From Deltaproteobacteria bacterium (GTDB lineage: Bacteria; JAEEML01), in NCBI GenBank assembly GCA_016283195.1, contig JAEEML010000063.1, positions 1 through 57,604 of the forward strand: DNA of 57,604 bases, given 5' to 3'. A program made the position numbers and the translations under genes. This document shows positions 48,887 through 57,604 of the stretch, one piece after another (the stretch's first letter is position 1; every line of letters begins with the position of its first letter). The notes under the pieces were generated by a model. It searched no databases, was not told where the DNA came from, and was given only the letters and a program-made list of their open reading frames with translations.

Positions 48887-50905
48887 ATGGAAAAATCAGT
48901 AGCTGGTATTAGATCTAGATTTCGGCTTTATGATGCAATATTGCAACTTAACAATGAGCATTTTCTCTTTTTAGCCGGCAAGGATGGTGAGCTTGGGGCA
49001 ACTTTTGCCTCACCTGAGCTTCTAAAGCGCTTTGGAGTTAAGCCGGAAGAATTTTTTAACCAACTCTCGCGCACTGTGGTGTGGGATAAAGAATCAACCA
49101 ATAATTTAGTTACTTTGCCTTTGCCTGCCGGTGACTTTATTATTTGTTATAGTGTTACTTTTTTGCCAGGCGAAGAGAGCCCGATGGCGCAAAAAGCCAT
49201 TATCGGCCGTGATTTGACAGCCGAGCAGCGCCTGCGCCAGGAGCAGCAGGAAACAGGCGAACTGGTGGAGCATGTAATTCAAAATTCACGCGATCTTATT
49301 CTTATTCATGATGAAGGAATTATTAAATATGCCAGTAACGGGGCGGCAAAACTTTTGGGCGTAAGCAGCGCCGATAAACTCATAGGTGCCTCTTTTTATA
49401 GCTTTATTCCCGAAAAAAATGCCAAAGCCACTATTGAGCGCGATAAACGTATTATCGAATTCGATGGTGAAATAATAGAAGACAGCGAAGAATTTTTAAC
49501 CAAAGATGGCCATAAATTTTTTGCCATGCTACGAGAGCGGGCGGTGACTTTTCAGGGGCGCCACATGATCCTGGCCGTGGCCAGCGATATCAGCGATATT
49601 GTGGCCAGCGAAAACCAGTGCCATGAGCTTTGGGAACGCATTGAACTCGCTAAAAAGCAAGAGAGCATGGTGGTGATGGCTGCCGGCATTGCCCACGATT
49701 TTAATAACATGCTCTCCGGGATTATCGGCAATGCCAATTTACTGGCCGGAGAATTGCAAGATAATGATAAAGCTCAGCAATTTTTAGGGCGTATTGAACT
49801 GGCGGCGCGGCAGGCGGCAGATTTAACCAGGCAGCTCGTAACTTATGCTACCGGCAGTGGCTTGGAGCTGGCACCCATATATTTAAAGAATATTATCAAT
49901 GATATGCTTTCGCTGCTTAGAGCTTCCATCCCGCGCAGTGTGGATCTCAAATTTAACTGCCAGGAGCAGGTGGAAGTTTTGGCTGATGCCTCGCAAATTC
50001 GCCAAGTGGTAATGAATCTTCTAATTAATGCGGCCGAAGCTATCAGCATGAATCGTTCTACCGGCCTGGTGACTGTGGTAACAAGAGCTATTGCTATAAC
50101 CGGCGAACAAAATGAGACGGATTACTTAAAGCGCCCGCTTCCCATAGGTAAATATGTGGCCCTCGAAGTTACCGATAATGGCCCGGGTATTCCGGCCGAT
50201 AATATCGAAAAAATCTTTGACCCCATGTATTCCACCAAGAAAAAATCGCGCGGCTTGGGGCTCGCCAGCCTTTTGGGCATTGTGCGTAGCCATCACGGTT
50301 TCATCGGCATAAATTCTATTGTCGGTGTTGGTACAACGGTGCGTGTTTATCTACCGCAAACCAGCCAGGCGGTTACTACTCAGGAAATAGAGCCGCTTTC
50401 GGGCGCCGTGAGTAGCAATGAGCGCTTGCCCGAAGAGAAGGGCAGCTTAAAAGAGAGCGGCCGGGAACCGCCCAAGAGCCCGGAAGTAAAGAGTGAGCCG
50501 GCGTCTCCCCCCAAAGTAATTAAGCGTGAACAAAGAGCCGGAGGCACTATTCTGGTGATTGATGATGAACAGGCGCTTTTAAGCATTGCCAAATTGGCTC
50601 TCGAAATAGTCGGCTACCAGGTTGATGCCGTTTCTTCCGGAGAAGACGGTTTGGAACTTTTGCGCCAGAACCAGCATAAATACAGCGTGGTGCTTACTGA
50701 TTTTGCCATGCCGGGACTCTCCGGAGTGGCGCTGCTTAAAGCCATTGCCAAACTTAATCCTGATGTGCCTTTGGTGCTCACCAGCGGCTATTCATGGAAT
50801 AGCTTAAAAGGGCAGATCGATGTGCCCATTGCCGGCTATTTGCAAAAACCGTTTGGCGCCAGCGATATTGCCCGGGCAGTTGATATGGCCATGCCGGCCA
50901 AGTGA
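48887..50905 (+). CDS. PAS-domain hybrid sensor histidine kinase / response regulator
   Basis: PAS domain, AGIAHDFNNML H-box, QVVMNLLINA, DNGPGI, GLGLA, receiver ILVIDDE..LTDFAMPG..KPF. Confidence 0.95.
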   Translation: MEKSVAGIRSRFRLYDAILQLNNEHFLFLAGKDGELGATFASPELLKRFGVKPEEFFNQLSRTVVWDKESTNNLVTLPLPAGDFIICYSVTFLPGEESPMAQKAIIGRDLTAEQRLRQEQQETGELVEHVIQNSRDLILIHDEGIIKYASNGAAKLLGVSSADKLIGASFYSFIPEKNAKATIERDKRIIEFDGEIIEDSEEFLTKDGHKFFAMLRERAVTFQGRHMILAVASDISDIVASENQCHELWERIELAKKQESMVVMAAGIAHDFNNMLSGIIGNANLLAGELQDNDKAQQFLGRIELAARQAADLTRQLVTYATGSGLELAPIYLKNIINDMLSLLRASIPRSVDLKFNCQEQVEVLADASQIRQVVMNLLINAAEAISMNRSTGLVTVVTRAIAITGEQNETDYLKRPLPIGKYVALEVTDNGPGIPADNIEKIFDPMYSTKKKSRGLGLASLLGIVRSHHGFIGINSIVGVGTTVRVYLPQTSQAVTTQEIEPLSGAVSSNERLPEEKGSLKESGREPPKSPEVKSEPASPPKVIKREQRAGGTILVIDDEQALLSIAKLALEIVGYQVDAVSSGEDGLELLRQNQHKYSVVLTDFAMPGLSGVALLKAIAKLNPDVPLVLTSGYSWNSLKGQIDVPIAGYLQKPFGASDIARAVDMAMPAK

Positions 50906-50914
50906 TCTTAGATT

Positions 50915-51550
50915 TTAGCGGGCTATTCTTTTAAAACGCATCCGGTAAATGGGGTCGCCCTGGCTTTCGTGCCAGGCTTCGCGCTCGGTGGGGCCGGGGC
51001 CAAAGGGTGTCTTGTCCTGCGAAAAGCCGCCCCCTTCCTGTAAATTTATGAGTAGCGGCTCCTGCTCCAGCGCTTCCAACATGGCCTGGGCCAGGGGTTC
51101 ATTATCGGTAGCTACCAGTAAATGGCCGCCGTCAATCAGTTTTTCGGCAATTATCTTGGCCGTAACTTCATTTAAAACGCGCCTTTTATGGTGGCGGGCT
51201 TTATACCAAGGGTCGGGAAAGTTTATATACACTGTGTCCAGCGAATTATCGGGAAAGAGGCCGGATAGGTGCACATTGACATTGCACATGAGGGCCGCCA
51301 GATTGGTAAGCCCTTGGGCCGCCGCCGCCGCCTTTAAGCCTTCTACCAGAAAATCGCGTATTTCGAGCGCTACCACATTATATTCTGGGTGCGCTTCGGC
51401 GAGAGCCAGAGCAAAGGCGCCTTTGCCGGTGCCGATATCCAGGTGATAGGGTGCCTCGCGGCCAAATACTTTGGGCCAATCCGGAATCTCAATGGGCGCG
51501 GTAAAGCGCAGACTGAAGGGGTTTACATGGCGGCGGTGACGTTCGTGCAT
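50915..51550 (-). CDS. trmB: tRNA (guanine-N7)-methyltransferase
   Basis: RRHVNP, LDIGTGKG, INFPDPWYKARHHKRR, VATD. Confidence 0.95.
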   Translation of the reverse strand: MHERHRRHVNPFSLRFTAPIEIPDWPKVFGREAPYHLDIGTGKGAFALALAEAHPEYNVVALEIRDFLVEGLKAAAAAQGLTNLAALMCNVNVHLSGLFPDNSLDTVYINFPDPWYKARHHKRRVLNEVTAKIIAEKLIDGGHLLVATDNEPLAQAMLEALEQEPLLINLQEGGGFSQDKTPFGPGPTEREAWHESQGDPIYRMRFKRIAR

Positions 51551-51552
51551 AT

Positions 51553-52545
51553 TTAAGCTCCAAGCGGGGGGATAAAAGTTACTTCACTGATATGGCGGGC
51601 GCCGGTTAAGAGCATAACCAGGCGGTCAAAGCCCATGGCCATGCCGGTGGCCGGCGGCATCTCGCCAACAGCTTTTAAAAAGCGCTCATCGCTGGGCTGG
51701 GCCACCTTGCCACGGCGGCGGCGCTCAGACTCTTCCAAGGCAAAGCGGCGGCGCTGCTCCGCTTCATTTATGAGTTCCACAAAGCCGTTGGCGAGCTCAA
51801 TATCGGCCGCATAGAGCTCCACCCGCTCGGAAAGCAGCGGATTTTGGGGATCGAGGCGCGAGAGCGAAGCTAATGGCGCCGGGTAGTGAGAGACAAAATA
51901 GGGCCTATCCAGCTTTTCCAGCTCCGGATCTATCTTTTCCAGCATGAGTAGGTTAAAGACATCATCAAAGGGCATCTCGGGCAGGTGGCGACCCAAAAGT
52001 TTATGAATATGCTCCATGGGCAAATTATCCGGCGCGCACTCGCTCACTTTAAAGCCCACATATTTTTCAAAAAGCTCATCTATGGTAAAGCGGTAAAAAG
52101 GCTTATTAAGAGCTATTACGCCGTGCGCCGTTTTGAGCTCGGTAGCGCCTATGGCCGCCGCCGCCGCTTTGATGATATTTTCCGGATCTTCAAAGAGATA
52201 GCGGATATCGGCTTCGCTCCGGTACCATTCCAGCATCATAAATTCGCAAAAATGCTGGGCTGTCCACTCGTCATCGCGATAGACATGGCAAAGCTGATAA
52301 ATATTGCCCAGGCCCATGGCTAAAAGGCGCTTCATGGCAAGCTCGGGCGAAGTGTGCAAAAAGCCATTAACAAGTTTGCCCTCTTTTTTAAAGGCAATAG
52401 GCACCGGCTCAATGTGCATTTCCGGCGCGTTGGCCATAATGGCCGCCGGCGTATCCACTTCGTTAAAGCCGTTTTCGGCAAAAAAAGCGCGCACGGCACT
52501 AAGCAACTGGCTTCTTTTTAATAAAATCGGTGATGGCTTACGCAT
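51553..52545 (-). CDS. epmA: EF-P lysine aminoacylase EpmA/GenX
   Basis: EVDTP, LHTSPELAMKRLL, EFMMLEWY, ELANGFVEL, GMAMGFDRL; LysRS catalytic domain only. Confidence 0.93.
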   Translation of the reverse strand: MRKPSPILLKRSQLLSAVRAFFAENGFNEVDTPAAIMANAPEMHIEPVPIAFKKEGKLVNGFLHTSPELAMKRLLAMGLGNIYQLCHVYRDDEWTAQHFCEFMMLEWYRSEADIRYLFEDPENIIKAAAAAIGATELKTAHGVIALNKPFYRFTIDELFEKYVGFKVSECAPDNLPMEHIHKLLGRHLPEMPFDDVFNLLMLEKIDPELEKLDRPYFVSHYPAPLASLSRLDPQNPLLSERVELYAADIELANGFVELINEAEQRRRFALEESERRRRGKVAQPSDERFLKAVGEMPPATGMAMGFDRLVMLLTGARHISEVTFIPPLGA

Positions 52546-52609
52546 AACAAATATTTATTCCTCATATACATGGAGCAGAGAGGTAAAAACTCATAAGCAC
52601 CATTGATAT

Positions 52610-52648
52610 TTAAACAAACCAATTCTCAATTTTTAGGGGAAAATATTT
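52610..52648 (-). pseudogene. Possible C-terminal remnant of a PIN/VapC toxin
   Basis: An alternate frame overlapping the antitoxin-like gene end reads KYFPLKIENWFV*, resembling the L.IENW terminus of VapC proteins. Confidence 0.35.
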
Positions 52649-52905
52649 ATTTCCTTGGCAGCATATTTTTCAGTTGAGCGTGGTGTATCAAATACCGTTT
52701 GCATAAAAGCAGCGTCGTCGGCATTGTTGAAAAGCTCTTGTGAGCCAAGACGCCAATTATTTAGGGCTGCCTCATAGTCGGTATTATGATTTGCAAAATC
52801 CGCAAAATGGGCTTTAAGCTTTAAATAAGTAATAAATAAGCCCAATTCCGTTATATAGTCTTCCGGTAGTGCCTTTATTTCTTGTTCCAGCATTTCGTAG
52901 GTCAT
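52633..52905 (-). CDS. Small antitoxin-like protein (DUF2281-like N-terminus)
   Basis: MTYEMLEQEIKALPEDYITELGLFITYLK pattern; AGGGGG RBS; AT-rich. Confidence 0.6.
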   Translation of the reverse strand: MTYEMLEQEIKALPEDYITELGLFITYLKLKAHFADFANHNTDYEAALNNWRLGSQELFNNADDAAFMQTVFDTPRSTEKYAAKEINIFP

Positions 52906-52925
52906 CGATCCCCCCTAAGTCCAAA

Positions 52926-52954
52926 TATTATAGCATAATGGGTTAAGGCTGCCA
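52926..52954 (-). promoter_or_regulatory. Sigma70-type promoter of the antitoxin-like gene
   Basis: Minus strand TTGGCA-N17-TATAAT. Confidence 0.55.
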
Positions 52955-53005
52955 AGAGCGCAGATGGGCCCATGCGGAGATGGATTAATTACCTCTTTCC
53001 GCTGT

Positions 53006-54619
53006 TTAGTTCTGGCTCTTGATGCAGCGTGCGGAATAGCCGGCTTGTTTGGAAAAATAGCCCACATATATATCGTTGCCGGTAATTTTTAGAAAATACG
53101 CATAGTTGCTATCGTATGGTGAAGAAGACCATAAAGTGGCTGTTTCACCAAATTCACCATACTTCGGATAAGCTTGATACCAGTAATCACCGGCGGGAAC
53201 GGCCGTAAAGCCATAAATATCTTTGCCGCCATTCCATGTGCTAACACGTAATTTTTGGGCCGCAGTGGCATTTTCGCCGCCGAGATAAGCGATAAGTTCT
53301 TCAAATTCTTCCTTGGTTGGTAAGCGCCAGCCGCTGGGGCAAAATTCGCTGGCGCTGGCTGTAGCCCAATCGTAAAGAAGGCCATAATTATCCATGTTAT
53401 TTTGAGCACCACCCGGATAATACTTACTATCGGTTTCGCGCTTATAATTTTGGGCCATCCATTCCCGGCAGTCAATCACCACTGTGTTATATTTTTTATT
53501 ACTATCATGATCATCTTCTAGTTTACCGGTTGTGCCATCGGCGCCTAATTTGCACTGGTCGCATTTTTCGCCGAACCTATTTTTATTTTTGCACTGGTCA
53601 CAATTAGTGCCGGTAAAGGCGGCGGCGCACTCGCTGCAATCTTCGCCGTCCCAACCTGTTTGGCAAGTTCCGCTTTTGCAATTGCCGCTCTCTTTATCCA
53701 GCGTGCCGTTTTGGCAGAGAATTTTTTTGTCGCACTTGCTGCCGGTAAAGGTGTCGGCGCACTCATTACAATCTTCGCCCGTCCAGCCTGTTTGGCAAGT
53801 TCCGCTCTTGCAGTGGCCGCTTTCATCGTCTAATCTGCCGTTTTTACACAAAATTTCTTTATCGCAATCGGCGCCGGTGTAGTCATCCACACAAAAATTA
53901 CAGAGCGGCCCGGTCTTGTGCGGGTTTTGACATTCATCACAGTTTATGCCGACCCAGCCGGCTTCGCAGCTATCGGCGTGGCAATTGCCCGTCAGCGGAT
54001 TCAATAGGCCATGGCTGCACTTGATTTTTATGTTGCACTTTAAGCCGGCGTAGAACTCCCCGCAGATAAAACATTCGCCATTGCCGCTCCGCCCCTCGTG
54101 GCAGTATTCTTTATCGCCGCAGTCACATTTTTGGCAGTTTTGTCCATAATAGCCCGGCTTACACTCGGCACACTCGGCGCCGGTAAAATTAGCCGCACAT
54201 TCCTGGCAATTCTCGCCGCTAAAGCCGATGGCGCACTCAGTGCAATTTTCGCCGCCGCGGTGGCCGCTACAGGCGCAGCGGCCCTGGCCGTTACATTCCT
54301 GAAATTCGCCGCTGCAACTGCCGCGCTTTACCCCCTTACTAACGCCTTCGCAGATATGCCTTTCCGAGCATATAAGGCAATCGTCGGCGCAATCGTCATC
54401 CGTCTGGCAAATAGCCGCGCATTTGCCGTTGGGGTAGCCGCTTTTTTCTATGCAGAGGTAGCCTTCCGGGCATTTTCCGGCGGTATCGCAGGCCTGGCCG
54501 GGTTTACCTTCCGGCAATGGGCCATCGGCCTCGGCGTCGGGGTTTTCGTCCAGTAAAGCCATATCGCAGGCGGCGAGATTAAGGGCAAGCAGTAAAAGAT
54601 ATATTTTTGCCTGTTTCAT
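53006..54619 (-). CDS. Cys-rich laminin/EGF-like repeat lipoprotein with C-terminal FISUMP domain
   Basis: LAAC lipobox, many C..G(F/Y)xG.xC units, YNTVVIDCREWMAQNY, YGLLYDW, CPSGWRLPT, GFTAVPAG, YSARCIK. Confidence 0.9.
   Translation of the reverse strand: MKQAKIYLLLLALNLAACDMALLDENPDAEADGPLPEGKPGQACDTAGKCPEGYLCIEKSGYPNGKCAAICQTDDDCADDCLICSERHICEGVSKGVKRGSCSGEFQECNGQGRCACSGHRGGENCTECAIGFSGENCQECAANFTGAECAECKPGYYGQNCQKCDCGDKEYCHEGRSGNGECFICGEFYAGLKCNIKIKCSHGLLNPLTGNCHADSCEAGWVGINCDECQNPHKTGPLCNFCVDDYTGADCDKEILCKNGRLDDESGHCKSGTCQTGWTGEDCNECADTFTGSKCDKKILCQNGTLDKESGNCKSGTCQTGWDGEDCSECAAAFTGTNCDQCKNKNRFGEKCDQCKLGADGTTGKLEDDHDSNKKYNTVVIDCREWMAQNYKRETDSKYYPGGAQNNMDNYGLLYDWATASASEFCPSGWRLPTKEEFEELIAYLGGENATAAQKLRVSTWNGGKDIYGFTAVPAGDYWYQAYPKYGEFGETATLWSSSPYDSNYAYFLKITGNDIYVGYFSKQAGYSARCIKSQN
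53609..53866. repeat. Intragenic tandem duplication, 132-bp (44-aa) period
   Basis: Two copies of CDK.ILC.NG.LD.ESG.CKSGTCQTGW.GEDC.ECA..FTG, also similar at the DNA level. Confidence 0.85.
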
Positions 54620-54628
54620 AATAGTTCC

Positions 54629-55607
54629 CTAAAAGGTGATAGCCAGCACCAGTGAGCTCTCTTCTTTGCCGATAGCCGGTAGCACTGTTACTTGCGTTTC
54701 CTTTAACTTAGCCAGTTTATGCTTGGTGCGCACATGCAAAGCGCCCAAAACAATGGAAGAGATAACAGCGGCACTGCCCAGGGCAATAAGTACGGATCCG
54801 GCGGCCTGGTTTTTCTCCCAGGCATTTTCCAGATTTTGTAAATATAACATGCTATCCAGCATTTGCGGATTATTATAGCGCTCATACTGCTTATTGGAGG
54901 CAGCTAAAAAAAATCGACCCGCCGATAAAGCCGGTGAGCCCGCCGACGAGGCCGATAGTTAAACTGCTGGCCAGAAAGGCCTTCTTTTGCTTCTCATAGT
55001 GGATAATACTCTGCCGACGCTCCGCCGCCAGCTCGGCTTCCCCCGAGCCCATAACGCAGCGCACCGAGAGGTAGCTCACCTTTTTGCCGCTATTGACCGT
55101 GACTTTGTTGCTATCCACATAGAGGCCATAGGCCTGGCCGGCGTTGCGCTCAGTATTTGCCCAAAAATAGGCGGCGCTGGCAAAGGGGGCACAGCCATCC
55201 TTATCACAATAGCCCACCGGCAAAGCGCCAAAGCCGGTGCTGTTTTTAGCTTCATCCCACTTTGGGTGCCTTACACTATCCGAAGCTCTGATACCTTTGC
55301 CGATGGTGCCTATGAGGCGGTCAAATTCTACTTTTGTCGGCAGGTGCCAGCCGGCAGGGCAGACTTTACGCGCATCGGCCCAATTATATAAATAGCCATA
55401 TTCATCGGGACGCTTGCTCTCTTTGTAATCAATATCGGCGTTTATGTATTTCATATTTTCGGCAAGCCAAGTCCCGCCGCCAATTTGCACTGTTTTATAG
55501 GTATTGCCGTCGCGGCTATCGGTAAAGGAGCCGTATTCCTGGGCCAGCGCCGGGGCCGCGGTAAGCATAAAAGATAATAACGCGGTTTTTATCAAAAAAT
55601 TATACAT
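54629..55607 (-). pseudogene. Secreted FISUMP-domain protein with C-terminal membrane anchor, split by a frameshift in a T8 tract
   Basis: Signal peptide, FTDSRDGNTYKTVQIG..WLAENM..SVRCV. Removing one T at 54906-54913 joins ORF 54891-55607 to ORF 54629-54862 (..GGSIFLAASNKQYERYNNPQMLDS..LVLAITF). Confidence 0.75.
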
Positions 55608-55951
55608 ATCAGCACCTAAAAAAGGCCGGCCAGCATTTGGGCACGCCGGAAATAAACAAATGAATTTTTATAATAAAAGGCCGGTTCTTGGCAAGAGCGC
55701 ATAGAAGCATAGATATTTAACAATTAGTGGCCCAAAATTTCGGGTACCTAAACCGCCCTTGACTTTCGACCAATTTGGAGTCACACTCCAAATCGGTTGG
55801 ACTTAGTATGTATAAATTCGGGGGCTCCCATGCGAGAGAATAGCGACTGGATTTCCGCTGCTCTTAGCCGATGAGGTGCGCCTTTGGCCCTTTACTCTGC
55901 GCCGTGAGCTCTTTGTGGTTAGTATCGCTTTACTGGCCATTGGAGGAATAA

Positions 55952-56104
55952 GCGGCGGCTATTTGCGCGGTGCAGCATGCCCCGACGGATTATTACCACA
56001 CCCGCCGCGACACCGGGGATAATATAAACCCGGAAGGGATACGCCTTACAGCGGAGCTCGTAAAAAAGGCTGTGCAACTATATGACGAGCAGGACACTCT
56101 TTAG
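55952..56104 (+). pseudogene. C-terminal remnant of an M28-family peptidase
   Basis: Frame reads AAAICAVQHAPTDYYHTRRDTGDNINPEGIRLTAELVKKAVQLYD; YHTxxDT is the M28 last-ligand motif; preceded by an in-frame stop, no start codon. Confidence 0.55.
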
Positions 56105-56148
56105 CCGCAAGGTCTATTTTTCGCTTCTCTCACCAGCCGGCCACATTT

Positions 56149-56250
56149 GACCTCACCCCACAAAATGTTTGTAAATTCATGAAGATTGGCCCCTCCCCAC
56201 TGTGGGGAGGGGCGAGAGGATGTAATTTCTTTTATGGACGGGGCGAGGTC
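56149..56250. repeat. 102-bp palindromic repeat (REP/MITE-like), copy 2
   Basis: Same orientation as, and 94/102 identical to, 16599-16700; identical central hairpin. Confidence 0.9.
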
Positions 56251-56400
56251 TGCGCTTACGCCGCAGGCGATCTGGTGAATAAAGCAGGTGACAAAGACAT
56301 TCTAAAAGCGTATAATACTATGCTTGGTGGAGGGAAGAAGCCGGTACGCCTCTCCTCGTCCTACTTTTTTAAATTTTTAACCCCAAACGAGGTAATTTAG

Positions 56401-57604
56401 ATGAAAAAAGTCCTTATCGGTTTTGCTGTTCTTTTTCTGGCTTTTGTGGCCACAGTCATTCTTTCCTTCTTTATGTGCAATAATAAAACCGAGCCCAGCG
56501 CTATTAAAATTACGCCGCTTGAGCAGGTTAATAAAAGGCATTACCACTTTCAGGATGAAGAATCAGCCGCATCCAAAGCGGGGCTGGAGCTGGTGGCGCC
56601 CATTGCTCAGCAATATATAGATGCCAAAAAGGATTTGGGCATCATCTTGGCAGTTGTCACTCCCGACGGCGTCTCCACCAAAAGTTTTGGTTCACTGGAG
56701 AGTGATGAGCCCTACGAAGAGCTTTATGGGGAAATCGGCAGCCTCACCAAACCCTTTGTCGGCCTGGCTTTTGCCTCGCTCATCAATGACGGAGTAGTTA
56801 AGGCCGATACCAAACTAGCCGAATGCCTGCCCAAAGGCGTTACGATTAATGGCATAGAAAACATAACTTTAGCTATGCTGGCTGCTCATATTGCCGGTAT
56901 TCCGAGGCTCCCCAAGGCGATAGCCGATAAGGCCGATACGCCTCAGCCCTACGCCGATTTTAGTGATATGGATGTCTTTACTGCGCTAAAAACCGCCAAA
57001 TTAAATAGCCCGGGCTACTATGAATACAGCAACTGGGGCGCCGCGCTTTTGGCTCAGGCTCTCACAATATGCGCCGGCGAAGAATCCTGGGAAACATTAA
57101 TTGCTAACCGGGTTACCAAAGTGCTGCGCCTAAAGGATATTAAGACAGAGGCCAGCCCCTTAATGCAAGGGCATGATGCTAGTCTTAAACCGGTTCCTGA
57201 TTGGCACTTTAAGGGCATGGGACCGGCCGGCGCCCTTAAGGCTAATATCAAAGATTTGGCCAAACTTGCTCAAATGATGATTTCCGATGATGAATTTGCC
57301 GGCAAGGAGATGATTAAGACCTCTTTAACCAAAATTCATTCAATCGGTCAGCTGGAGTCGGCCTTGCATGTAAAAACTTTTGGCGCTGTCGGCTTATTCT
57401 GGCACATGGGCAGCGGAGTTATTTGGGAAGCAACTATGGAAAAGCCAGAGACTAAAGAAGCGCTACACCATTTCGTTTTCCACAATGGGCAAACCGCCGG
57501 GGCCACCAGCGGCCTGGCCGTTATCCCCGAAAAGAAAATCGGTATTGTCATGCTGTCAAATACAGCTAGCCCCACAACTTCTTTTATAGTCTCCTTTTAT
57601 GGCC
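56401..57604 (+). CDS. Serine hydrolase, beta-lactamase class C / PBP-related family (3' end outside window)
   Basis: Open frame from ATG 56401 (MKKVLIGFAVLFLAFV anchor); EIGSLTK (SxxK), YEYSNWG (YxN), FHNGQTAG, KIGIVMLSN. Not in the ORF track because it has no stop in the window. Confidence 0.92.
   Translation, partial: MKKVLIGFAVLFLAFVATVILSFFMCNNKTEPSAIKITPLEQVNKRHYHFQDEESAASKAGLELVAPIAQQYIDAKKDLGIILAVVTPDGVSTKSFGSLESDEPYEELYGEIGSLTKPFVGLAFASLINDGVVKADTKLAECLPKGVTINGIENITLAMLAAHIAGIPRLPKAIADKADTPQPYADFSDMDVFTALKTAKLNSPGYYEYSNWGAALLAQALTICAGEESWETLIANRVTKVLRLKDIKTEASPLMQGHDASLKPVPDWHFKGMGPAGALKANIKDLAKLAQMMISDDEFAGKEMIKTSLTKIHSIGQLESALHVKTFGAVGLFWHMGSGVIWEATMEKPETKEALHHFVFHNGQTAGATSGLAVIPEKKIGIVMLSNTASPTTSFIVSFYG

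Noticed and set aside
52990-53008. Partial match (AAACAGCGGAAAGAG) to the 33-bp repeat after the second FISUMP gene
   Set aside because: Too short, and in the opposite orientation relative to the gene.
56401-57604. True AmpC beta-lactamase
   Set aside because: It has HNG rather than KTG in the third motif and an N-terminal anchor; only a generic serine hydrolase call is supportable.

Overview
Bacterial chromosomal window of moderate GC. Gene content and protein style suggest a Myxococcota/deltaproteobacterial lineage, possibly gut or rumen; this is an inference from the Hanks-type Ser/Thr kinase, the split atp operon lacking atpB/atpE, Cys-rich lipoproteins and Fibrobacter-type FISUMP domains. 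The housekeeping backbone is serC (5' end), trxA, psd, uppS-cdsA, glgA, pepP, atpF'-F-(H+A)-G-D-C, rpmB, mutT, tatD, trmB and epmA. Accessory loci are an orphan SctU/FlhB export-switch gene, a zeta-like P-loop/small-protein pair, an RND-MFP operon and a separated TolC gene with sigma54-like promoters and a shared upstream palindrome, an MMPL-acyltransferase-methyltransferase fusion with an FAD oxidoreductase, several large Cys-rich lipoproteins, three FISUMP-domain genes and a truncated serine hydrolase at the right edge. Most notable: (1) a FISUMP lipoprotein whose last ~60 codons look like a diversity-generating retroelement (DGR) variable region, followed by a hairpin repeat and bracketed by a 33-bp direct repeat, with no RT or template in the window; (2) an in-frame fusion of ATP synthase delta and alpha; (3) a 102-bp palindromic repeat in two copies; (4) a stand-alone RluA-N-terminal-like Cys domain; (5) two genes each split by a single lesion (an in-frame TAA and a T8 frameshift). 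I saw no rRNA, tRNA, CRISPR array, transposase, integrase or reverse transcriptase. All calls come from reading motifs by eye, not from database searches.
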